Below are positions 35,224 to 46,069 of a stretch of DNA of 64,000 nt, one piece after another. Origin of the DNA: Heterodontus francisci (lineage: Eukaryota); the NCBI RefSeq assembly GCF_036365525.1, contig NC_090377.1, positions 103,368,265 to 103,432,264 of the forward strand, written 5' to 3'. Position 1 is the first letter of the stretch; every line of letters begins with the position of its first letter. The notes beneath the pieces were generated by a model. The model saw only the letters and a list, made by a program, of their open reading frames with translations, was not told the origin of the DNA and searched no databases. The position numbers were made by a program, and so were the translations under genes.

Positions 35224-35499
35224 CTAGAAATCCCTCATACGTCTGAAAGATCCAACAGTTGAGTTGTAGCCGCCCCAGTCACTGTATCTCCTGTATTCAC
35301 CGGGTCTCATGAAGTACTGTCGGCCTCTGTAGTTGGGATGTTCATAAAAGATCCAGTAACCATCCATCACATGGCTGGAGTGAATGTCACGGTAATGGAA
35401 ACGATCATAGACAGATGGACAGTCATCCTGGAATTCCATCATCTGTCCTCCAAAGTCAGGTCTCTCGTAAATCTTCATTCTGTAGGAGCCTCCCCTGTA
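35224..35499 (-). CDS. CRYG: Gamma-crystallin gene 3, exon 3
   Basis: TACAG acceptor; 276 nt; [18 protein letters not shown]...[10 protein letters not shown]...[12 protein letters not shown]. Confidence 0.97.
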   Translation of the reverse strand, partial: YRGGSYRMKIYERPDFGGQMMEFQDDCPSVYDRFHYRDIHSSHVMDGYWIFYEHPNYRGRQYFMRPGEYRRYSDWGGYNSTVGSFRRMRDF

Positions 35500-36639
35500 C
35501 TGTAATAGAAATGAGATGACATTAGTGATGAAACTGCAAATATACAAAGCTGAGATGATTTAACATCAATCCAATAAGTAAATTATGCTTCAGGCTTATT
35601 ATCAACAAGTAGCTTCTGTATTTTTATACTATATCAATGAATTGTCTGTAAGAGTGCATGTGGAATTGATATTAGTTGGTGCACACCGACAGTGGTTTAT
35701 CAATAGCAGACTTTTTGTTCTTGTTATATATTCGCTGGTTGCTGAATGTTTTATATATCTGATTTATCTCAGTACAATGCAGAGATGGCACTCATTCTAA
35801 GCCAACAACAGTACTTTAAAATATCTCAGCACTTGCAAGATTTCAGCACATTGTCTCTGCCAGAACTTTCTCAATGGTTTCCATTCATTAACTCTCAAAG
35901 TCTACTCACAGGCTTAAGCAAATGAGCACAGTGAACATTGATCAGTGAACAGATTAACCCAATCTAACACAGATCAATCAAACCATTGAACAGTACAGTT
36001 CCTATTGTGAAGAGACTGTTTCTCTATGTTTATTTTTATATGTTTATTGGGATGTGGGCGTCTTTGGCCAGGCCAGGATTTATTGCCCATCCCTGCTGCT
36101 GTGGGGCTGCTTTCTCTGTCCTATAATGTACGAAGAAGATATAGTAAGACGAATGGGGTAAGTACAAATATGTCTGTCAGCTGTCGATGACTTTATTACT
36201 TTCTACACTGTCAATGTGTCAATTTGACCTTCAGTTCTGAATATCTGATTAATTATGAACAAATGTATTCAATTATATCTCAGATGTTAATGTGTTTTGC
36301 AATAAGCTGCCATCATATGACACAGAATGTCCTAACCGATTTGTGCAACGATTGATTTAAGAACCAACCTGCATAAATTAACTGCAGGTCCAAAATTATA
36401 AGGGCTGATACTAACCTCTGGCAGTGCCAGAAATGGGTGGTAGTGGATCAATAAATCAGGCAGGATGTGTGACAGTCAGACAATCCACTACCTGTTAATC
36501 ACCACTGCCGAAAGTTAAAATCAGTCCTGTGGAAGCAGCTGATGGCTCTTCACTGCTGATGCACATTGATTCAATTGTCACTGATCATTTTCTAAGTGTC
36601 AGTTTGATTGGAACATATAAACCACCAAAGATAACTCAC

Positions 36640-36882
36640 ATATGAGTAGGTGCGACATGACCTGATGCTGTCATTGAATCCCATCCAGCGCTGGTAGTCA
36701 GGATATTCTCCCCTGCTCAGAACATACTGGTATCCCATGTAATTGGGTCTCTCATACAGCACCCACCAGTCACTGTCAACACGGATGGAGTTACAACGGC
36801 TGAAGTAAGAGTGCAGGTCAGCACAGTCACTACTGCACTCATAGTGCCGACCCTGGAAGTTTCTGTCCTCGTAAAAGATGAT
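36640..36882 (-). CDS. CRYG: Gamma-crystallin gene 3, exon 2
   Basis: CACAG/GTGAGT; 243 nt; [81 protein letters not shown] (my translation; this frame is not in the ORF track). Confidence 0.97.
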
Positions 36883-36981
36883 CTGTGGAAAGATACAGGT
36901 TTATTCATTCATAATTTCTCAAACTAGGCAATACTGAATGTAGAATTCTAATACAATTTATAAGCTCTGAGTTTTCTTTAC

Positions 36982-36990
36982 CTTTCCCAT
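36982..36990 (-). CDS. CRYG: Gamma-crystallin gene 3, exon 1 coding part (MGK)
   Basis: ATGGGAAAG-GTAAAG; 99-nt intron 1. Confidence 0.95.
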
Positions 36991-37046
36991 TTTGAGGTTA
37001 TACAACTTGTAACTGACTGAATGTTTCACTGCTTCACACAGCTTGG

Positions 37047-37127
37047 TATTTATATGCTGGCAGAAAGGCTTCGCTGAGCTGTACTTTTGTTATTTTAATG
37101 ATTGCAATGGTTTGAAATCAGCAGAAA
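37047..37127 (-). promoter_or_regulatory. Gene 3 proximal promoter: TATAAATA (37047-37054), SOX-like AACAAAAG (37084-37091), half-MARE TGCTGA (37118-37123)
   Basis: Same order and spacing as genes 1 and 2. Confidence 0.75.
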
Positions 37128-37924
37128 AGCAACAAAACACATGACACATACACTGATTGTAAAGAAAACCATTTTAAGGCACCTATATATCATTGGTTGC
37201 ATTTTGCCTTCATGTCATTTTAATTGTGTGAAAGAAGGTAACAATGCATTGGAGGCCATTGTGCTCCCTATACACTGCTTCCATTGAAATTCTCAAACAG
37301 TTGTCCTTACACATTCAACCAGGTATATTTCCAGCAGTTCAGTGTAATGGCTGAAGTTTACTCCAAAACTGGTCAAGATGCAGGTGCACATGTCTAGAAT
37401 AAGTTGTTTTAATTAGTGTTCTACATAATAGACTGACATATAACCAGTGTATTTCGATTCCACATTGTGCTCCAAAGTCCATAGGCTTTTATCATTGCAT
37501 GTAAACTATTTGGAGACATTACTAGTGCGATGTTAGGGTGGTGTTTATTAACGGTGGTCTTTATTAACACTGGTTACAGACCATATTCAGCATCATATTT
37601 TAATCAGCATATTTCTGTTGCATACTACCTTTCATTTTGTTCTAACTTGCAGGTTAGCTGAAGTCATTATTAGAACAGTAAAAAGAATAATAGAAAGGCA
37701 GATGGTTCTGTGATTAAAGTCATTTTTAGAATGTGCGTACTGGGGGTGGGGAGCTGGATTCTTTAGTGGGTATTTTTTTAAAAAGGAGAAAAGTGGCTTT
37801 GGATTGACCCTGTTCAAGGCATACAGATCAACTGAAATCTAATACATTTTTGACATAATCACAAATTCAGTTACCTAAAATGGAATAAAAACAAAGATCC
37901 TGGCAATTGGGAAGGATACAAAGA

Positions 37925-40630
37925 AAAACAAAGAATGACAAAACAAATAGAACTACACAAAGTAAGTAAGAAAAGAAAGTAGTAATGAATATCAAGATCC
38001 AAACAAATATGTTTCTCAATTATTTTTGGAAAAAGAGAGTGGTCAGAAGCAATGTAAACTGGTAATGGCGATATTGTCAATGATCATAAGGAAATAGTTG
38101 ACATGCTGAATACTTATTTTGCATCAGTATTTTTAGTAGAGAAAGAGGTCAGCATGTCAGACATCCCGATGAGACTGATATTGAATCAATGACAGGATCT
38201 CACCCAGAATAACTTTAGCAAAAGAACAGTAATGATGAAAATAATGGCATGAAAGCGTGACAAATCTTTCACAAATGCTTTGCTTCCCAAGATGTAAAAG
38301 AAGTAGGTGAGGTCATTGCAATTAGAGACATTCAATAAATGTTGGCCTTGCCAGTGACACCAACATCCCATGCCCTAACTATAATCTAACGTTCTCTCGA
38401 TTTGGGAACCACTCCTTTTAATTGGAACTTGGATATGTCACCCCACTATTTAAGGAAACTGACAGAGTGAAACCAGGGAATTATAGACCAGTTAGCCTAA
38501 CATCTGTTGTCAGTAAATTACTGGAGTCTATAATTAAGGGTAGGATGAGTGAGCACCTTGAAATTTTCAACTGATCTGAGAGAGCCAGCATTGATTTGTA
38601 AAGTGCAGGTGATGCCTGACAAATCCGATTGAATCTTTTGAAGATATGACTAAAGTAGTGGACAGTAGAATGTCTATGAATTTTATCTATATGGATTTCC
38701 ATAAAGTCCTTCATGAGAGACTGCTGGCTAAAGTTGAAGTTCATGCAATTGAAGGCAAATTAATGACCTCCTTTGGAAATTTGCTGAGTAGCAGGAGACA
38801 CAGAGTAGGGATAATGGGCAGGTACTCCAATTGGTAGGATGTGACTAGTGGTATCCCACAAGGATCTGTGTTTGGACCTGAAATATTCACAGTATCTATT
38901 CATGACTTAGATGATGAGGTGGAAAGCCACATATTCAAATTTACCATGACTAAAAGATAGGAGGCTGTATAAGCAGTGCAGATGAGCATAAAATTCCAAA
39001 GAGATATGAATAAATTAAGTGAATTGGCAAAACTGCAGCAAATAGGTTTCAATAGGGGTCCAGGGCAAAGGTCATTAAGATGTCATAAAAAGTTCAGAAA
39101 ATAATCAAAAAGGCTAAAGGAATGGTGGCCTGTATATCTCGAGGACTAGAATAAAAGGGGGCAGAAGTCATGTGTTACTACCAGGTGAGAAAGGGTCTAG
39201 GGTGCCCTTTCAGCCTTCACCTGGTCTTACTGCAATAGGGTTTAATTTTAAACACACCGTGTTATTAGCTCCCCCTTGGAGAATCCTTGTTCACAGCTTT
39301 CCAATTACAAGACAAAGAAACTAGCACAAACAGGCTTTCTTAGGGTTAAAGAAGAAAGGTTGAAATTTATTAAACTTAAACTTAAACTCTAATTTGGTTA
39401 ATGCCTACGGATACATGACACACCCACACTAGCTAGGATACACAATACACACATGCAAATAGAGACAGAAAAGAGCAGAAGAAAAAAAGTGGAAAAGTTT
39501 GAGGCAATATCTGAAGATTTTTTGTTACAGTTCTTCAAACTCACTGTAGAGTCCTTGATTGTAGGTATATCTTGCTTTTCTCTGGGGCCCAGTATTCTTC
39601 TTAAACCTTGTTCACTGTAGGAGACTTTTCTCTCTTGGGGTTCATGTGTCTTCAGTGGATTCAGAGGCTTGTGAGAAAGAGATGGCAGCAGGCAGGAGAG
39701 ATCTTCTCAGTCCAGGAGCAAACAGACACATTGAGTTCAAACTGTTTGTACAATTCAGAAAACCCCAGGTTGCCAAGAAGCTTAGTCATGTGAATAACTG
39801 GTCTGACCATGTCTTGAATTGAATCACCTTAGCAGTCTCTGGAATGCTCCTCTTACACACAAAAGTCCATTGTGGATTGAATGTGTCAGGGAATGGTCCT
39901 TTATCTTTCCACTCACCATCTGTTAATATGCAAATGTCTTTTCCAGACACGACTGATCTGTTCAACAAGTCCTTTCTTCACTCCAGTAACAGTTTAAAAT
40001 CAACGTTCAAGAAAAGTAATGTGCCTCATTCTTGGCAGGTGGGGGTCTAGATGACACATGCTTCGGCAACACGAAGCCTTGATTAGATCCCACCTGGAGC
40101 ACTGTGAACAATTCTGGGCACCGCACATTAGGTGGAATATATTGATCTTGGACGGACTGCAGAGTAGGTTTACCAGAATGATACCTGGATTCCAAGGGTT
40201 GAATTATGAGGAGATATTATGCAAATTGGGGTTTTATTTCCTTGAATTTAGAAGGTTAAGTGGTGAGTTGATTGAAGTTTTCAAGATCTTAAGGGAAACA
40301 GATAGGCGAGATAGATAGAAAATATTTCCACTATCTGTGGAGTCTGTGACCATGTGGCATAGTTTAAAAATTAAAGCCAAACATTTTAGGATTGAAATTA
40401 AGAAACAATTCTTCACAGAAGGGGTGGTAGAAGTTTGGAAATATCTTTCTCAAGCAGCAACTGTTGCTGGAACAATCATAAATTTTAAATCTGAGATCGA
40501 TGCATTTATGTTAACCAAATGTATTAAGGGATAAAGGGCAAAGGCAATTGGAATTCGGTGGCAGAGCAGTCATGATCTCACTGAATGGTGGAACAGGCCA
40601 TAGGGGCTAAATGGCCTCCTCCTGTTCTTA
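37925..40630 (+). mobile_element. CR1 LINE (RT and 3' UTR), decayed, interrupted by a solo LTR
   Basis: NYRPVSLTSVV, YMDFHK, GIPQGSV, LIRSHLEHCEQFWAPH motifs. Confidence 0.85.
39173..40056 (-). mobile_element. Solo LTR of the same family as 4986-5894, TSD CATG
   Basis: Reverse-complement homolog of the 5' LTR; CATG at 39169-39172 and 40057-40060. Confidence 0.9.
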
Positions 40631-40702
40631 TGATATGCTATGTAATTCCCTTTTGAAGGTTACTATTGAGCCTGCTTCCCCCACACTTTCAGGCATTGCA
40701 TT

Positions 40703-41504
40703 TGTTATGACCAGCTGAGAAATGTGTCTAGGGGACGTTTGCTATCTTTACCTGGTCTTAGTGTAACAGGGTTTACTTTTAAATACACTGTGTTTTGAGC
40801 TCCCCTTTTTGTGAATCCTTGATCACAGTTTTTCCAATTATAAGACAAAGAAATCAATTCACACAGGCTTTCTCAGGTTTAAAGAAGAAAGATGAAAGTT
40901 TATTAAAACTTCAAACTTAAACTCTAATACAGTTCACGTCTAAGGATATATGACGCACCCACGCTAGCATGCACACATGATACACACATGCAAATAGGGA
41001 CAGAAAAGAGCAGAAAAAAGATAAGTAGAACACTTTGAGGCAATATCTTGTTATTGTTTCTCGAGCTCGCTGTAATCTTTGACTGAGGTTATGGTCTTGC
41101 GTTTTGTTGGGGCCCAGTATTCTTCGTAAACCTTGTTCATGTAGGAGATTTTTCTCTCTTTGAGTTTATGTGTCTTCACAAGATTCAGTTCCGTGGGAAA
41201 GAGATGGAGGCAGGCAGACTTCAATCCATGAGCAGACAGCTTTGTCTGAGTTCAAATCCTGTTTTCTCCAATTTAAAACTCTCTGTTCAGAACTCTGCAA
41301 CAGCCAGTTAGTCATGTGACTAAAACTGGTCTTACCACTTCTGTGTGTTGGGGAAGCAACCATGGGGTCCCCATTGTTTCAACATTGTCTGATACTATGC
41401 AAATGTCCTTCCAGACAGGTCTTGCAATTTTAAGTTTTTGTTCATGTGGTGAAAGAATTGCATGCCTCAGTCTTAGCAGGTGGGGGCGGGAGGTTTGCCT
41501 GACA
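40703..41504 (-). mobile_element. Solo LTR, related subfamily, TSD CATT
   Basis: TGTTATGACCAG...CCTGACA; CATT at 40699-40702 and 41505-41508. Confidence 0.85.
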
Positions 41505-42685
41505 CATTCCACAACAAAACAACACAAAGTTTAGATTTTATTGCTTCCTACAGACAGAGAAGCAGACAACTCGCCAAAACAATGAAGGCTTATTAAGTCA
41601 GCTTCCTTAAAAATCTAGAGTTGATCATTCTTCCCAGAGTTGGTCAGCTTCATGAAGTTATCAGCTACATCGGTGCCTGCAAATCCAAAGATGCTGCAAT
41701 GTCAGCATAGGCAGCTGTGAGAATTTCCCAATCTCACCAGTATCATGTAATGTCTTTCTTTAGGTAATGACGGTATTTATGTACTGATGAGTGACAGGTA
41801 TATGTAGAAGGAACTGATTTGGAGAGTGGAACAATAGAGCATAGATTATCTAGTAATAGTTTAACTGGATAGAAAAGCAAGAAATAACTATTCTGGCAAG
41901 CCAATCCTGTTTATGTATGTTGGGGAGAAGGTAGAAACAGCTTGTGTGAGGTTTGGGAATAACAATATTAGAGGCAGTGGCAATTAGAGATTTCAGGAGA
42001 CAAGTTGAAGAACAGTCAGAGAAATTATGGCTTCATGTTTGGTCATCAGGCAGTGGTTTAGAGAGAGATAGGAGAAGTTATCAGATAGCTAGGCATACAG
42101 CCTCAGCCAATCGAGCATGAGTACTCCTGCAGGCCCAACAAGGAAAGCTAAGCTCTCCCCTGCCCCAGACTCCCACCACTTATAGAAGGCAAAACCACAG
42201 CAAGAAGCACCTGAAAGCCGAGTCCACCACTTGTCATTTGTCAGTGGGAAGCCTCTGTGCTGTGTGATTTTCCATCACTTTCCATCAGGAATAAGGCATG
42301 GGAGTTAGAATGGCCCAGGGATCTTTTCTGGGACAATGGGAAAGTTTCCTCACTTTCCTCACTAACCTTCTGCCTAGATTTAAAATCAGTTCTGTCAGGG
42401 TGGGAGCTGAGAGTGTGGGGAGCTACAAGTTCATAGGAAGATAGATTAGTGTGGGTAAAGGGAGCATAGAAACTGAGGCAGCTGCTGTCATGATAGCATT
42501 TCTTACTGAGAGGATTCAGAGAGGAGCAGCTTGAGGCCAGAGAGAGGGAGCTGAGAAGGGTTGAGAATTTATGAGTGGAACTTTCAAATTTGATAATGCT
42601 GCAAAAAGACACTATTTGATCAATGGCCCATTATACACCTACCCCAGCACATCCACATGCAGAATTTCTTCTTTATTGTAGTCAC

Positions 42686-43733
42686 TGTGAAGGTAATTCC
42701 AGTGGGTTATATAACAAGCAACCAATACTCTATGTTGTGAGTGTTTCCATTTTTTTTGTTAAATTTGAGAATTTAGATTTTAAAATGAAAAGGGACTCCA
42801 TAGATGCTGGAACTTTGGGTGTTTTTTTAAAAAGGTTACTGGAAGGTTTGGACTGAGTTTGAACTGTAAACAGTTGCTGGAAGGCACCTATTTTCAAATA
42901 AAAACCCAGCAGGGGCTGTTTTGACTTGGAGAGATTTTTACTAAGAAATGAAAAGCCAAGATTTATAGATGTCATGAGACTGGAATTTTAGAAAGTTTGG
43001 AGTTAAATTTGAACTGTCAAAAAGCCAGTTAGTGTTTCTGCCTGCACAGAAGAAGACAGCTCATCTCTCTTTCCTGAAAAGAAACCCTATAATTCCAGTA
43101 TGTCAGATTCATATTTCCTCTTGTATTTGTAGAAATCCTACATGTTTGTAAAACCCTTTGCATGTTGAATGTGTGGAACTGAAACCTTGTTGCTGCACTC
43201 CTGCTGTAAGACCCAACTGGAGCCTCTGTAGCTGCATCTCTTGGAAAGCCTACCCAAACTGATCATCAACATCGCCTGGAAAGAACTGTTCTTTGAAGAT
43301 CCTCGTGACGGCCGCTGAAATGCCTTTCGGATGCCTAACCAAAACAAAGGATGTCTTTCCACATCTTCTTTTCAGCCTAAGTGTTTTTTATTCCTTCTAT
43401 TTCTTTATAATAGCTATGAACAAAAATCCCTTTTATTTTTCCTGGTTAACCAGTGTGAAATGAATGTACATTTATGCGAGGACAAGGGTGAATAAGAGGC
43501 TTTAATATTGCAATTTGTGTGTGTGTTTTACTTTATTATTGATTAAGACTTGGTTTTTCATAAACAGATAATTTTGTTGTTTATTAAAGAAACCTGGTTG
43601 GTGTATTTATTCTGGGGAAATATAGGGTATATGATTGACTGTATCGATAAGTGGGAAAATTTCAATATATGTTGTGACCTGTGGAGAAGTGGGACTAAAA
43701 TAAAAGGGTATTCCTCCCACCTCAGTCATAACG
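42686..43733 (+). mobile_element. LTR-like repeat
   Basis: Ends CTCCCACCTCAGTCATAAC; related to 15603; left boundary uncertain. Confidence 0.5.
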
Positions 43734-43867
43734 CCAATTACCTGTCTAAAGCTCCTGCAGAGTCACAATTCCAGCGAGTGTGATTTGTGTTTCATTCCTT
43801 GTGCAATGTACCCCAAGATGTTTTTGCATTACACAGCAATGCCTGTCACCAATGCACCCAGATACTT

Positions 43868-44097
43868 TTTTTTTCATTCGTTCTTGGGATGTGGGTGTCA
43901 CTGGCTAGGCTAGCATTAATTGCCCACCCCTAATTGCCCTTGAGAAGAGCTGCCCTCTTGAACCACTGCAGTCCTTGGGGTGTAGGTACACCAACAGTGC
44001 TGTTAGGAAGGGAGTTCCAGGATTTTGTTTCAGCGACAGTGAAGGAACGGCAATATAGCTCTAAGTCAGGATGGTGTGTGGCTTGGAGGGGAACTTC
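43868..44097 (-). mobile_element. LINE 3' tail fragment (family of 30760/62900)
   Basis: Matches 17540-17745 in reverse complement. Confidence 0.7.
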
Positions 44098-44625
44098 TGC
44101 TACATTCTGTGCAGAAACACAATTTAATTCCTTAATCTTATCACTTTGAACCTGACCAACCTGCTTTTGCTTGTTTGCCACCCTCACTTTGATTTTAGTG
44201 GAAAGTTCAGGCAGCTTTGTCTCTATTTCCACTTTCCAAATATTGGTGTACAATGTGAAGAGTAAAAGTGCCAGCTTTGACCCCTGGGGTGTCCTCAATT
44301 ATTTCTCAATACTCTGACATAGCTCCATTTGCACACTCTCCCTCTCTCTCTCTCACTCCCCCGCCGCCCCACCTCGCTCACTATCTCTTTTGATGCAGTC
44401 ATTTGCCAATCAACTTTAATAGCTGCTCACCAACCAACTATATGGCACCATATCAAAGTGTAGATAAACAATATTCATAAAGTTACTTTCATCCACAAGC
44501 TCCAATACCACCTTAAGGAATTCGAACTGGCATCCTTTATATTAAGACATGGTAATTTGTCTTAATGACTTTGTGCTCCTTGGTGTTAAATACTGGCCTT
44601 GGTTAAGAGAGTCTCTTAACATGTG

Positions 44626-44966
44626 GGGCGGCACAGTGGCGCAGTGGTTAGCACCGCAGCCTCACAGCTCCAGCGACCCGGGTTCAATTCTGGGTACTGC
44701 CTGTGTGGAGTTTGCAAGTTCTCCCTGTGTCTACGTGGGTTTCCTCCAGGTTCTCCGGTTTCCTCCCCCATGCCAAAGACTTGCAGGTTGATAGGTGAAT
44801 TGGCCATTATAAATTGCCCCTAGTATAGGTAGGTGGTAGGGAAATATAGGGACAGGTGGGGATGTGGTAGGAATATGGGATTAGTGTAGGATTAGTATAA
44901 ATGGGTGGTTGATGGTCGGCACAGACTCGGTGGGCCGAAGGGCCTGTTTCAGTGCTGTATCTCTAA
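44626..44966 (+). mobile_element. V-domain SINE (HE1-like), full length
   Basis: Nearly identical to 14806-15152. Confidence 0.9.
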
Positions 44967-46069
44967 ACATATGCCTCACAACAGACGTCAGACTCAGTAG
45001 CCTATAATTCCTAGCACCTCCCTTTCTCCCACTTTTAAAGTTGATGCTGTCTCTACCTTTGGTACAAATCCTGATACTAAAGACAACCCCCCAAAACATG
45101 ACCAATTTTCTTGGCCTTTTGCTTAAGTACCCTAGTGCTCTGGTTCTGGGGGTAGAAGCCTATTACTGTGCCTTGAACAGTTCAGTTGCTCACCTTTCAG
45201 TCGCAATCTATAATCCTTGCTTTGATCACTGTATTTTCACTGTGCGAGTACTGGTATTTTGAGTTTTCATCTGGGTTCTAATTGGTGATACACATACACA
45301 GTTAATCAGCTAGAATGGAAGTTTGAAATGGTTCACAAACATCTTCGGCACTTCACTTCTACTGCATGAGTTTGAATCCAGTTCAACGTACTGAAGCAAT
45401 CTGCAATCATTTGAACTGATCTAGAATCCAAAAAATAGCTTTTGGAAAAATAATGTCAGATTGGTTGCAGTTGTGTGTGACGCTCTGAGAGTGAGGTTAG
45501 AGCAGATTGATAGGGCAGAAGAATGAGAGCTTTCTCCTGCATTTGACTTTTGTTGCATTGGTTCATGAATGTTTGACATTCATAGAGACCGAAACAAGCT
45601 CCATCCTATAACACTGATAAATTTCACAGCAATCACACAAAATAAACCCTCCTTAAAACAGTTGAGTGCTATTTATTATTAAACGGCATTTTATACTCTC
45701 GAGATTGGATCAGAGAATATCAGCTATGTCCATTTGATCAGAAAATACCTGATAAATCACTCTTATTTACAAAGATTCATATATCCTTTTAGTATTACTG
45801 ATTGGTACTGGTTCTAAAGAAAGAAGAACTTGCATTTATATCGCGCCTCTGACAATCTCAGGATATCTCAAAGCACTTCACATATTGTAAGTAGGAACCA
45901 GTTGTATAGACTAATAGCAGGAATAGATATTTTTAAGCTTGCATTCCAGCAAAGCTGCTTGAGATATTTTTGTCATGTGGTGTGTTTCTAAATGTGTTTC
46001 TATAATGAACCTCATTCTCTTGAAGTATTCTCTGTGGAGCTGCCTCCACCATTTCCCTCCATTCCCCTC

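Noticed and set aside
39173-41504. The two LTRs as ends of one element, or as orthologous to the LTR upstream of gene 1
   Set aside because: Each has its own TSD, the spacer is CR1 sequence, and orientation and context differ from 4986
44626-44700. tRNA gene candidates in SINE heads
   Set aside because: tRNA-like A/B boxes continue into SINE body and tail; no complete cloverleaf or terminator seen
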